From contig NIVC01001323.1 in NCBI GenBank assembly GCA_002269645.1, positions 1 through 53,948 of the forward strand: a DNA stretch of 53,948 nt, in the 5' to 3' direction. The notes under the pieces are model-generated. The model saw nothing but the letters and a program-made list of their open reading frames with translations, did no database searches and was not told where the DNA came from. The stretch is from Macrostomum lignano (Eukaryota). A program made the translations under genes and the position numbers. Of the stretch, positions 11,333 through 24,762 are shown in pieces. Position 1 is the stretch's first letter. Each line of letters opens with the position of its first letter.

Positions 11333-12446
11333 CCATATCTAACATCTGGACACACCCAACACCATATCTAACATCTGGACACACCCAACACCATATCTAA
11401 CATCTGAACACACCCAACACCATATCTAACATCTGAACACACCCAACACCAAATCTAGCATCTGAAAACACCAAACACCACATCTAACATCTGAAAACAC
11501 CCAACACCATATCTAACATCTGCATATCTAACATCTGAAAACACCCAACACCATATCTAACATCTGCATATCTAACATCTGAACACACCCAACACCATAT
11601 CTAACATCTGGACACACCCAATACCATATCTGACATCTGAACACACCCAACACCATATCTGACATCTGAACACACCCAACACCATATCTAACATCTGAAC
11701 ACACCCAACACCATATCTAACATCTGAACACACCCAACACCATATCTAGCATCTGAAAACACCAAACACCATATCTAACATCTGAACACACCCAATACCA
11801 TATCTAACATCTGGACACACCCAACACCATATCTGACATCTGAACACACCCAATACCATATCTAACATCTGAACACACCCAACACCATATCTAACATCTG
11901 AACACACCCAACACCATATCTAACATCTGAACACACCCAACACCATATCTAGCATCTGAAAACACCAAACACCATATCTAACATCTGAACACACCCAATA
12001 CCATATCTAACATCTGCATATCTAACATCTGAACACACCCAACACCATATCTAACATTTGCATATCTAACATCTGAAAACACCCAACACCATATCTAACA
12101 TCTGCATATCTAACATCTGAACACACCCAACACCATATCTAACATCTGGACACACCCAACACCATATCTGACATCTGAACACACCCAACACCATATCTAA
12201 CATCTGAACACACCCAACACCATATCTAACATCTGAACACACCCAACACCATATCTAATATCTGAACACACCCAACACCATATCTAACATCTGAACACAC
12301 CCAACACCATATCTAACATCTGAACACACCCAACACCATATCTAACATCTGAACACACCCAACAGCATATCTGACATCTGAACACACCCAACACCATATC
12401 TAACATCTGAACACACCCAACAGCATATCTAACATCTGAACACACT
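11333..12446. repeat. 29-bp minisatellite (ACCATATCTAACATCTGAACACACCCAAC) with occasional 14-bp truncated units
   Basis: About 38 tandem units read directly. Confidence 0.97.
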
Positions 12447-13169
12447 TAACTAACAGATGAACATACCAATTAAGCAACAGGTTCACACAGAACAGGAAAA
12501 ACATTTAAATAAATAAAATAGGACAAACAATTGATTGCTTAGACTATCAGTGGCACAAAGCTGCGGTTTCAGACAGAAATTCTCATAAATGAAAAGAGTT
12601 TATTATCAAAAAACTTCACCTCGTTAAACTACTCACACAATTTAACAGCGAAACAAAACAGGAAACTATTTAGAAGCGAGACTTATCATACTACTGTGAG
12701 TAATTTTTTTAATTGGCAATTTACAGGTGCAACAGAATTAGCCCAGCCAGAACTACATCGCTGAGGAAGATGCAAAATACTGATAAAGCAGCATGACAGA
12801 CAGAAGCAAAACTCTAATAACAAAATGCAAGCAGCTATATAGCATGTACTAATGACAGAGAGCGGACACATATTTAAGAGGCACGCGGTTATCGTACAGA
12901 AAAAAATTGCACCCATATTTTATGACGATATAAAACTGCAATCTAAATACAGCAGTAATATTTATATATATATACAAAAGCTAAGAATAGTAGTTTATAA
13001 AAATCATTATGATAAAATTCTAGTGACAGCCGTACAGTATGCTATAGTAACGAAACTGACTATAAATAAACGGGTGGAATATAATCATTTTAACAAAGAA
13101 TAACAGAATTAGCACTTGAACAGGCCTTGAGCAGGCTGAGGGAAGATAGACAGACAGATAAGGAAATTT

Positions 13170-13600
13170 ATGGAATCCCCGCGCCCTCCGCAGGGCCCTG
13201 CTTGGACTCGACCGTAGGGACATCAGGGCGGTGACCATGGCCCTCTCGGGTCATTTTCCAGGGAAAAATCCACAGGGAGGAATGCCCTTTTTGTCTCTCC
13301 GGTGTTGAGAATGCAGAACATCTGTGAGTGCCCCGCCTTCACTCAGGACAGACTCAGCTACCTCGGCCCAAACCCGGACCTCTCCAAAGTTTTCAGGCCC
13401 CGAGAATCTCTGCCAGCTCGTCCGCTACCCTGAGGACTACCGGGCGAGCGACCATCCACCTCCTGGACTCTCCGGAGGGGGACCGCGCTGCGGACACCGG
13501 CACCACCGGATCTCCCTGCGCGACACCGCATCACCAGCTGCCCGTGGTCGCCAGTGGTTAGCGGTTCTGTATTTATCCCCCCCCCCTGCAGCAGAGCCAA
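13170..13600 (+). mobile_element. 3' end of a non-LTR retrotransposon (R1/Loa/I-group type CCHC C-terminus), 5'-truncated
   Basis: LLGLDRRDIRAVTMALSGHF followed, across frameshifts, by ECPFCLSGVENAEH..CECPAFTQDRLSYLG. Confidence 0.7.
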
Positions 13601-13832
13601 GCAAGAGAGCAGATTGAGTGGGGGGGGGGGTTGGCAGACAGATAAAGGAATTCAGCGAATCTAGGAGGGAATTTAGCTGAGCATAAAATGCTCAGAAGGG
13701 GAAATAAGATAAAAAAGAAATGGCAAGCAGCCACAGAGCGCACACACAGAAGCAAAAAATCAACAAGCAAACAGCGGCAGACAGAATAATCAATAAAAAA
13801 GACAGAGGAAGGGGCGGGCCGGGAATCTCAGA

Positions 13833-16800
13833 CTAGGCAGATGAAGCACGGTCAGCCTCCTCGGAGCTGGCACCCGCGCCACCAAGCGGATACAGCGACA
13901 GCAGACTCTTGGGCGCGTAGCCTTCAGCGTTGCCGTCGCGGCACCAGAACCAGTCGGGCTCGTCTGGTTCAGCCCGCGCACCACCAGCAGCTGGCTGAGT
14001 TGCCTCAACGCCAGCTCGTCCGACCGTTCCGGCTGGTAATCGGCCACGGCGTACACTCGACCTTCATTGTCCTTGCCAAGCTTTCCCGCCTCGTCGAGTA
14101 GGAATCGTTCGACAGCGCCGCCTTCGTGGCACAGATCCAGCGGGGTTTCGAAATCGGCTCTGGTGGCGCAGTAGATCGCGGCGCCGGACCTCACGAGGAG
14201 CTGGGTGAGGGCCAGGTGGTTGCAGGACACCGAACAGTGCAGCGGTGTCCAACCGTCGATGTCAGCGGAGTTCACGTCGGCGCCGAGTTCAATCAGCAGC
14301 TTGACGCAGTCGGTATGACCGGCGCACACTGCGTTGTGCAGCGCCGTGATGCCCTCCTCGTTGCTAGCCGATATGTCGACGGAAACGCAGGCGCGAATCT
14401 GACTGGGGTCACCTGAGGTCAAGTGGAGCGCAATAGCAGTGTTATTGTGATAAATATATCAAGGATGGCTGTTCACTCATCACGGAGATGGCTTTTCACT
14501 CATCACAGATATGGCTGTTCACTCATCACAGATATGGCTTTTCACTCATCACGGAGATGGCTGTTCACTCATCACGGAGATGGCTGTTCACTCATAACGG
14601 AGATGGCTTTTCACTCATCACGGAGATGGCTGTTCACTCATCACGGAGATGGCTTTTCACTCATCACGGAGATGGCTGTTCACTCATCACAGATATGGCT
14701 TTTCACTCATCACAGATATGGCTTTTCACTCATCACGGTCACGGAGATGGCTGTTCACTCATCACGGAGATGGCTTTTCACTCATCACGGAGATGGCTTT
14801 TCACTCATCACGGAGATGGCTTTTCACTTATCACGGAGATGGCTTTTCATTTATCACGGGGATTGCCTTTCACTCATCACAGGGTGGTTGTTCACTCATT
14901 ACGAAGATGGCTGTTTACTGATCACGGAGATGGCTGTTTACTCATCACGGGGATGACTTTCACTCATCACGGAGATGGCTTTTCACTCATCACGGAGATG
15001 GCTGATGGCTGTTCACTCATCACGGAGATGGCTTTTCACTCATCACAGATATGGCTGTTCACTCATCACAGATATGGCTTTTCACTCATCACGGAGATGG
15101 CTGTTCACTCATCACGGAGATGGCTGTTCACTCATAACGGAGATGGCTTTTCACTCATCACGGAGATGGCTGTTCACTCATCACGGAGATGGCTTTTCAC
15201 TCATCACGGAGATGGCTAATGGCTGTTCACTCATCACGGAGATGGCTTTTCACTCATCACAGATATGGCTGTTCACTCATCACAGATATGGCTTTTCACT
15301 CATCACGGAGATGGCTGTTCACTCATCACGGAGATGGCTGTTCACTCATAACGGAGATGGCTTTTCACTCATCACGGAGATGGCTTTTCACTTATCACGG
15401 AGATGGCTTTTCATTTATCACGGGGATTGCCTTTCACTCATCACAGGGTGGTTGTTCACTCATTACGAAGATGGCTGTTTACTGATCACGGAGATGGCTG
15501 TTTACTCATCACGGGGATGACTTTCACTCATCACGGAGATGGCTTTTCACTCATCACGGAGATGGCTGATGGCTGTTCACTCATCACGGAGATGGCTTTT
15601 CACTCATCACAGATATGGCTGTTCACTCATCACAGATATGGCTTTTCACTCATCACGGAGATGGCTGTTCACTCATCACGGAGATGGCTGTTCACTCATA
15701 ACGGAGATGGCTTTTCACTCATCACGGAGATGGCTGTTCACTCATCACGGAGATGGCTTTTCACTCATCACGGAGATGGCTGATGGCTGTTCACTCATCA
15801 CGGAGATGGCTTTTCACTCATCACAGATATGGCTGTTCACTCATCACAGATATGGCTTTTCACTCATCACGGAGATGGCTGTTCACTCATCACGGAGATG
15901 GCTGTTCACTCATAACGGAGATGGCTTTTCACTCATCACGGAGATGGCTGTTCACTCATCACGGAGATGGCTTTTCACTCATCACGGAGATGGCTGTTCA
16001 CTCATCACAGATATGGCTTTTCACTCATCATGGAGATGGCTTTTCACTCATCACGGAGATGGCTGTTCACTCATAACGGAGATGGCTTTTCACTCATCAC
16101 GGAGATGGCTGTTCACTCATCACGGAGATGGCTGTTCACTCATCACGGAGATGGCTTTTCACTCATCACGGAGATGGCTTTTCACTCATCACAGATATGG
16201 CTTTTCACTCATCACGGAGATGGCTGTTCACTCATCACGGAGATGGCTGTTCACTCATAACGGAGATGGCTTTTCACTCATCACGGAGATGGCTGTTCAC
16301 TCATCACGGAGATGGCTTTTCACTCATCACGGAGATGGCTGTTCACTCATCACAGATATGGCTTTTCACTCATCACGGAGATGGCTGTTCACTCATAACG
16401 GAGATGGCTTTTCACTCATCACGGAGATGGCTGTTCACTCATCACGGAGATGGATGTTCACTCATCACGGAGATGGCTTTTCACTCATCACGGAGATGGC
16501 TGTTCACTCATCACGGAGATGGCTGTTCACTCATCACGGCGATGGCTTTTCACTCATCACGGAGATGGCTTTTCACTCATCACGGAGATGGCTTTTCATT
16601 TATCACGGGGATGGCCTTTCACTCATCACAGGGTGGTTGTTCACTCATTACGAAGATGGCTGTTTACTCATCACGGAGATGGCTGTTTACTCATCACGGG
16701 GATGACTTTCACTCATCACAGGGATGGCTTTTCACTCATCATGGGGATGGCCGTTCACTCATCACGGAAATGGCTGTTCACTCATCACGGAAATGGCTGT

Positions 16801-19800
16801 TCACTCATCACGGAAATTACTGTTCACTCATCACGGAAATGGCTGTTCACTCATCGCGGGGATGGTTATTCACTATCGCAGACAGTCATTGACAGACAGA
16901 GCATTAACTGCACCGCATAATAAACCAATACAACATTACTGAGTAACACACAATGCAGCATTCATTAATAAAGTTTAATCACCTTCCATAGCAGCGTCCA
17001 ATAGCACTGTCAGCGGATCAAATGCAACTGACCGGTTAGATTTATTAATCAATTTCTTCTTTTTGTCATCGGACAAGTTGGAATCAACAGTGGTTGCCGG
17101 TTTATCGTCGAGTTTATCATTGTCTGTCTCATTACCGGTTTGCACTGCAGCAGCTGGCTCTGAGTCATTATTAGAATTAATATTATTATCAACAGTTGAT
17201 GAAGCATCGGCGGCTGACACATTAGCCGAGCTACTGCTTGCAGTCTCTTCGTCATCTGGTCGAGCAATCGGCGCTCGCCAACCAATAGGCGCTCCGGGAG
17301 GGTCTTGGACCACAACGAGAGAGCGGCGCTTCTCTTCGGGATTTGCTGACGCTTCTAATCGGATTAAGTCTTCGATGCCGTCGGTGGTCAGGGACACCGC
17401 TTGTTGCTGTTGTTGTTGGTTTTGCTGTTGTTGTTGCTGCTGCTGCTGCTGCTTCTGCTGTTGCTCCAGCTGCTCTTTAGCAGCGGCCGCTTCGTAGGCC
17501 AGACGAGCGGCCTCGCGATATCGCTGCGCTGTAGCGGCGGCCGCTTCGGCTGGCAGCTGGCCGCCGCGTCGGCAAGCGCTAGCAATGATGACGTTTCTAG
17601 GCGCGTGATGACGCCTGTGCCAGTGGGAGGCTGGCGGACTCGGCGGTCGTTTAGCACCAACTGCAGTCTCTCGATCGGTGACGACTTTCGTAGCCGACGC
17701 CCCAGTTGTTGCCGTCGCTTTCAATCGGAGCTGCTCAGATTGTTGACGACGCTGGAGAACAGCTTCGCGTAGTCTGGCAAGCCGGGAGTCTGGACTCGGC
17801 AGGGTTGGATGCTGGTGTGGCTGCTGATGATGCTGAAGTTGCTGCTGCTGACGCTGTTGTGTGTGAGTTATGTGCGCATGTGGGTGTAGAAAACTGTTTA
17901 TTATAAGCTCGACACTGCGAGTGAGATCGATTAAGATTTTTAAGCACAGTGCAGTTGGAATGGGAAGGGCGCCAGCTATGACTGCAGCATGCCGCTCTGT
18001 GTAACCATATCTCAGATACACGTGTACACGCATGCCCAGCCGATAAGAATTCTTTTTACATTTATTTATAGTTTTCTTTGACCAAATAAGCAAGAGAAAC
18101 ATTTTGAAAGGAAAATAACGCGTAGGCGAACGTGTCAATAAATCAATGCATGATATTGACGTGCTTGCCTCACGTTCAAATAGAGTACAAAATGTAATAT
18201 AAATTATAGAACCGGCCAGCCTCTCAGTGTCAGTTGCTGGGCCAGCCTCCCAGTGTCAGTTGCTGGGCCAGCCTCCCAGATCCTCAGTTGCTGGGCCGCA
18301 AGCCTCCCAGATCCTCAGTTTCTGGGCCAGCCTCCCTGATCCTCAGTTGCTGGGCCAGCCTCCCAGATCCTCAGTTTCTGGGCCAGCCTCCCAGATCCTC
18401 AGTTTCTGGGCCAGCCTCCCTGATCCTCAGTTTCTGGGCCATGCCTCCCAGATCCTCAGTTTCTGGGCCAGCCTCCCAGATCCTCAGTTTCTGGGCCAGC
18501 CTCCCTGATCCTCAGTTTCTGGGCCAGCCTCCCTGATCCTCAGTTGCTGGGCCAGCCTCCCAGATCCTCAGTTTCTGGGCCAGCCTCCCAGATCCTCAGT
18601 TTCTGGGCCAGCCTCCCTGATCCTCAGTTTCTGGGCCATGCCTCCCAGATCCTCAGTTTCTGAGCCAGCCTCCCAGATCCTCAGTTGCTGGGCCAGCCTC
18701 CCAGATCCTCAGTTTCTGGGCCAGCCTCCCAGATCCTCAGTTGCTGGGCCAGCCTTTCTGATCCTCAGTTTCTGAGCTAGCCTCTAAGATCCTTAGTTAC
18801 TGGGCCAGCCTCCAAGATCCTCACAATGTGTAATATTAATTATAGAACCGATTGAATGGCGATTAGTTGGGTTGGTTTTGTTTTTCGGATGACACTACCA
18901 ATAATTTCAGTCTGATCAGAGGAATTGTTGCATGGATATGGAAACGAGTTTAGTTATTAACAAGTTAATAAGTTATTAATTTCTGATTAAATGATGTCTG
19001 AGAGTAAGATAAAGATGTACTTTTCAGACGGACACTTGCGAACTAAATCATTTAAGGAGACTTGACGGAGTACAAAGCAAGGACAGACTGAAGTGTTTTG
19101 TCACTAGAAACATTCCTTTAAACTACCCAAAGAATCGCCTCTAATATACCCTAACAATCGACCCTAAAAAATCCCCTACAAACTACACTAAAAAGGCCCC
19201 TATAAACTACCCTAAAAACGCCCTTTTAAACTACTCTAAGAATCGCCCATAAAGTACCCCAAGAATCGTCTCTAAACTACTCTAAGAATAAAGCAGTTTT
19301 TTTACCGAAAAGCAAGATTATTTGGAGAAGCTACCTGCAGTTAGGAGGAGATTTCCGAGATGCTAAAGTACTTCTATCATGCGACTCAGAGAAAGAATAC
19401 GGGACGCATGATGTGCTCATTAAGTTTTCAAGCGTCACGGCTCATAAAATAGTCTGACTTATTTATTGTCTATGGCAATAATTTCAACTATTTTGTCTAC
19501 GCGTGTTAATTGCTTTTGCTGGCGTGGTAAACATGACCTGCTTATTTTATCGGACTGAATTACGGGCGGTTATATAAGTATGATAACAGATATTATCAAC
19601 GTATTTGCCTTAACGTAGTCACTATTATAGTATTCGTCATGCTATCTCAGCCTAGAGACATCCAAACTCAGCCAGCCCATCTCGACAGTGCGATTTTTTA
19701 CGTAAGTCAGTCAAGTTTTACCATAGACATGCTTCTTAAGGCCATGCTATCTCAGCCTGGGACATGCAATCTCAGCCACTTTTCAGATTCTATGTCAAGC

Positions 19801-22800
19801 TGTCTGTGGCTTAGTCTGTGATCGAAGCAAATGAAACAGAATGAGAGCAACAAGCGACGAAGACAGAAGACGACTGATTGCTGCGTGGACGGAAGGTCAG
19901 GACCTACGTGTGGCCGCCAAAGTTCTTCGCATGAATCTGAAGACAGCTCGACATATCGTCAGGATTTATGAAGCAACGGGCCGGGTGGATGCCCTCCCGC
20001 GAGGGGAAGAAAGATTGGCTCATGCAAGTTCGATGAGGAGATGCGCCAGGCGCTTATTGCTTTCGTGGATGCGAACCCCCTGGCGACGCTGAAAGCATTG
20101 CGCACGAAGCTGAGTGCCCAGCTTCCCAACAAGCCGCCTGTCACCATCAAGACACTGGCCAGAGCCTTGGAAGGGGCTTTGTACACGTTCAAGATCGCCA
20201 CCAAGAACACTGACATCCGACTGAGCGCAAACTCGCAGGGGGTGATCGAGAAGAGACGCGAGTACGCGCTGCTCATGACCGAACTGCAACAGGACACGGT
20301 GGTCGTCTACATCGACGAAACGGGTTACAACCTGTGGACTCGCAGATCGCAAGGGTGGTCACGACGGGGTCAGCCAGTGAGGCGCCGATGCCCGACCCAG
20401 AGGGGTCCAAATCTCTCGATCTGCCTGGCCGTGTCTTCCGCTTTGGGGCTGGTGAAGAGCGAGTTTTTCAGGGGAGGCCAGACGAAGGAGAGATTTCAGC
20501 ACTTCGTCAACGACCTTGTTGAACAAGTTGTCCCGCAGATCGGCAATGCCAGAGTCGTCATTGTCTGCGATGGCCCCACCTTTCACCGTGGTGTGGCAGT
20601 GCCGGAGCAGCATCGCCACCAGTTTGAGCTTCATCTGTTGCCCGCCTACTCACCTTTTCTAAACCCCTGCGAAATGGCCCACAGCGCAGTGAAGGCCTCG
20701 ATCAAGCTGCAGCTAGCTGACCCTGCACTGGTGGAGGAGGAGGCTGGTGGCCGACCCGATGGGGTCACCTGCGAAGCTTGGCGCCTCATTCTCTTGGAGC
20801 GAGTGGGCCGAGTCGCGCTAGATGCTGTGACGCCGCTAAAGGTGGCCAGATGGGAGATTCACTGCAATCGGAACTTCCCGCAGTGTATCGCAGAGCAGCC
20901 TTTCAACTAGGCTGAGCACTGAGCGTCTTACTGACTTTGTCCGTTGTTGCGTACCCTTACTGACTTTTCTTGCTGCGTTCATTCATTGCTGTTTGTTGCC
21001 ATTTCATGTCACGTTACAGAAATGATAGCATTGAGATCTGTTTGCAATTGAAATCTATATTGGCTGAGATTGCATGTCCCAGGCTGAGATAGCATGGCCT
21101 TAAGAATCATGTCTATGGTAAAACTCGACTAGCTCGAGCCAAAAAATCACACTGTCGAGATGGGCTGGCTGAGTTTGGATGTCCCTAGGCTGAGATAGCA
21201 TGACAAAAGCTATAATAAATGGGATAAAATTAATAGACATTTAAATTTCTCTGTGAGCCAGGACACTAATAATCACTTTACCTTTCATTTAATTGTACGC
21301 CCACGTTGCCCTTTTTTATTGATTACAGGTCAACGTTAATTACATAAATGGAGTCTTGTCTACAAGCGGTATACATAGGACTTCGTGTTGGGAGTGTTGT
21401 AGGCGAAACTCTTAGGCGACTACATTTTAGTGTCTTAGACCTCTCTTAGATGGGCGCCCCTGTCTCTTAGATGGGCGCCCCTGTCTCTTAGATGGGCGCC
21501 CCTGTCTCTTAGATGGGCGCCCCTGTCTCTTCGATCGGCGCCCCTGTCTCTTAGATGGGCGCCTTGTCTCTAGATGGGCGCCCCTGTCTCTTAGATCGGC
21601 GCCCCTGCCTCTTAGATCGGCGCCCCTCCCTCTTAGATGGGCGCCCCTCCCTCTTAGATGGGCGCCCCTGTCTCTTAGATGGGCGCCCCTGTCTCTTAGA
21701 TGGGCGCCCTTGTCTCTAAATGGGCGCCCCTGTCTCTTAGATGGGCGCCTTGTCTCTTAGATGAGCGCCCCTGTCTCTTAGATGGGCGCCCCTGTCTCTT
21801 AGATGGGCGCCCCTGTCTCTTAGATGGGCGCTTTGTCTCTTAGATGGGCGCTTTGTCTCTTAGATGGGCGCCCCAGTCTCTTAGATGGGCGCTTTGTCTC
21901 TAGATGGGCGCCCCTGTCTCTTAGATGGGCGCTTTGTCTCTAGATGGGCGCCCCTGTCTCTTAGATGGGCGCCCCTGTCTCTTAGATGGGCGCTTTGTCT
22001 CTAGATGGGCGCCCCTGTCTCTTAGATGGGCGCTTTGTCTCTAGATGGGCGCCCCTGTCTCTTAGATAGGCGCTTTGTCTCTAGATGGGCGCCCCTGTCT
22101 CTTAGATGGGCGCTTTGTCTCTAGATGGGCGCCCCTGTCTCTTAGATGGGCGCCCCCGTCTCTTAGATGGGCGCCCCAGTCTCTTAGATGGGCGCCCCAG
22201 TCTCTTAGATGGGCGCCCCCGTCTCTTAGATGGGCGGCCCTGTCTCTTAGATGGGCGCCCATGTCTCTTAGATCGGCGCACGTCTCTAGATGGGCGCCCC
22301 TGTCTCTTAGATCGGCGCACGTCTCTAGATGGGCGCCCCTGTCTCTTAGATGGGCGCCCCTGTCTCTTAGATGGGCGCCCCTGTCTCTTAGATGGGCGCC
22401 CCTGTCTCTTAGATGGGCGCCCCTGTCTCTTAGATGGGCGCTTTGTCTCTAGATGGGCGCCCCTGTCTCTTAGATGGGCGACCCCGTCTTTTAGATGGGC
22501 GCCCCAGTCTCTTAGATGGGCGCCCCCGTCTCTTAGATGGGCGGCCCTGTCTCTTAGATGGGCGCCCCCGTCTCTTAGATGGGCGCCCCAGTCTCTTAGA
22601 TGGGCGCCCCCGTCTCTTAGATGGGCGGCCCTGTCTCTTAGATGGGCGCCCCCGTCTCTTAGATGGGTGCCCCTGTCTCTTAGATGGGCGCCCCTGTCTC
22701 TTAGATGGGCGCTTTGTCTCTAGATGGGCGCCCCAGTCTCTTAGATGGGCGCCCCAGTCTCTTAGATGGGCGCCCCCGTCTCTTAGATGGGCGCCCTGTC

Positions 22801-24762
22801 TCTTAGATCGGCGCACGTCTCTTAGATCGGCGCACGTCTCTAGATGGGCGCCCCTGTCTCTTAGATGGGCGCCCCCGTCTCTTAGATGGGCGCCCCTGTC
22901 TCTTAGATGGGCGCCCCTGTCTCTTAGATGGGCGCTTTGTCTCTAGATGGGCGCCCCTGTCTCTTAGATGGGCGCCCCAGTCTCTTAGATGGGCGCCCCC
23001 GTCTCTTAGATGGGCGGCCCTGTCTCTTAGATGGGCGGCCCTGTCTCTTAGATGGGCGCCCCTGTCTCTTAGATGGGCGCTTTGTCTCTAGATGGGCGCC
23101 CCTGTCTCTTAGATGGGCGACCCCGTCTCTTAGATGGGCGCCCCTGTCTCTTAGATGGGCGCCCCAGTCTCTTAGATGGGCGCCCCCGTCTCTTAGATGG
23201 GCGGCCCTGTCTCTTAGATGGGCGCCCCCGTCTCTTAGATGGGTGTCCCGGTCTCTTAGATGGGCGCCCCTGTCTCTTAGATGAGCGACCCTGTCTCTTA
23301 TATGGGCGCCCCTGTCTCTTAGATGGGCGCCCCAGTCTCTTAGATGGGCGCCCCCGTCTCTTAGATGGGCGGCCCTGTCTCTTAGATGGGCGCCCCCGTC
23401 TCTTAGATGGGTGTCCCGGTCTCTTAGATGGGCGCCCCTGTCTCTTAGATGAGCGACCCTGTCTCTTAGATGGGCGCCCCCGTCTCTTAGATGGGCGGCC
23501 CTGTCTCTTAGATGGGCGCCCCTGTCTCTTAGATGGGCGCTTTGTCTCTAGATGGGCGGCCCTGTCTCTTAGATGGGCGCTTTGTCTCTAGATGGGCGCC
23601 CCTGTCTCTTAGATGGGCGCCCCCGTCTCTTAGATGGGCGCCCCTGTCTCTTAGATGAGCGACCCTGTCTCTTAGATGGGCGCCCCTGTCTCTTAGATGG
23701 GCGCCCCAGTCTCTTAGATGGGCGCCCCCGTCTCTTAGATGGGCGGCCCTGTCTCTTAGATGGGCGGCCCTGTCTCTTAGATGGGCGCCCCTGTCTCTTA
23801 GATGGGCGCTTTGTCTCTAGATGGGCGGCCCTGTCTCTTAGATGGGCGCTTTGTCTCTAGATGGGCGCCCCTGTCTCTTAGATGGGCGCCCCCGTCTCTT
23901 AGATGGGCGCCCCTGTCTCTTAGATGAGCGACCCTGTCTCTTAGATGGGCGCCCCTGTCTCTTAGATGGGCGCCCCAGTCTCTTAGATGGGCGCCCCCGT
24001 CTCTTAGATGGGCGCCCCCGTCTCTTAGATGGGCGCCCCTGTCTCTTAGATCGGCGCACGTCTCTAGATGGGCGCCCCTGTCTCTTAGATGGGCGCCCCC
24101 GTCTCTTAGATGGGCGCCCCTGTCTCTTAGATGGGCGCCCCTGTCTCTTAGATGGGCGCTTTGTCTCTAGATGGGCGCCCCTGTCTCTTAGATGGGCGCC
24201 CCTGTCTCTTAGATGGGCGGCCCTGTCTCTTAGATGGGCGCCCCTGTCTCTTAGATGGGCGGCCCTCTTATGCTAGGCTTTGCAGATACTCTGTCTAAGA
24301 AGAGGCTAAAATCGAGAGGTTTCCTTTTAAACACAATTCAAAGGAGCCTATGCTCACACTCACCGACTCCGCCAGCTTCTGCATAGCCTCCACTCGCTGG
24401 TCTAGCTTCGCCAGTTCCTCCGAACGACGTTGAAACGCGTCGCGAGCTTGGGCCAGCTGGGCAGCCAGCTGGGCATTGGCCTGCCGATATTCGTCCAGCT
24501 GTTTCCGTTGCAAGCGAAGCCGATTCAATCGATTGTCGCGATCTTCAACAGCGGCAGCAAGGCCTCCGCCATTCGTTAATCCGTTGCTGTCTTTGCGCAG
24601 CCGGTTCAAAGCCAGCTGACGATGCCTTAAATCGTTGAGCTGGGCGTCGATGCGAGCCTGCTGACGGGCGGCGATGTCGCGAAGTTCAGCTAACGACAGC
24701 TCGGTGACGGAGCCGCCACCGCTGCTGCCGCCGCCGTTGACAAGCGTTGATGCCGTACTCAT
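13833..24762 (-). CDS. ASPP: ASPP-family protein (coiled coil, Gln/Ala-rich linker, RVxF, ankyrin repeats, SH3), about 617 aa
   Basis: Exons 24762-24364 (ELSLAELRDIAARQQARI coiled coil, GTGAGT donor), 17853-16983 (poly-Q; ends RSVAFDPLTVLLDAAMEG) and 14412-13833 (NEEGITALHNAVCAGH, DGWTPLHC, SH3 YAVADYQ...DWFWCR..EGYAPKSLLSLYP). Phases are consistent; the SH3 domain needs +1 C at 13966-13967. Confidence 0.9.
14462..16870. repeat. 23-bp minisatellite (CACTCATCACGGAGATGGCT[G/T]TT) filling the last ASPP intron
   Basis: About 105 units; the edges diverge; an internal block recurs at 564 bp spacing. Confidence 0.98.
18215..18822. repeat. 28-bp minisatellite (CTGGGCCAGCCTCCCAGATCCTCAGTTT)
   Basis: About 21 tandem units in ASPP intron 17854-24363. 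Confidence 0.97.
19630..21210 (+). mobile_element. IS630/Tc1/mariner-superfamily DNA transposon, near-intact, DD33E catalytic spacing
   Basis: TIRs of about 150 bp (19630-19778 and 21061-21210) flanked by TA (19628-29, 21211-12), each holding two copies of CATGCTATCTCAGCCT. Transposase 19841-20910 has an HTH N-terminus, YIDETG, VCDGPTFH and YSPFLNPCE, with one frameshift at the G run 20003-20006. Confidence 0.95.
21442..24268. repeat. 21-bp minisatellite (GATGGGCGCCCCTGTCTCTTA) with 19-bp variants
   Basis: About 135 units ending about 95 bp from the ASPP exon 1 donor. Confidence 0.98.

Noticed and set aside
14423-16920. Long repetitive ORFs (MAFHSSRRWLFTHH...)
   Set aside because: Translation artefacts of the 23-bp array in several frames, antisense to ASPP and inside its intron.
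16975-18138. 387-aa ORF as a stand-alone gene
   Set aside because: Only 17853-16983 is exon; the first part or so of the ORF is intron read-through, and it splices in phase with the flanking ASPP exons.
22062-24276. LDGRPCL / SLRWAPL repeat ORFs
   Set aside because: The 21-bp unit is a multiple of 3, and frames break at 19-bp variants; no splice or start context.
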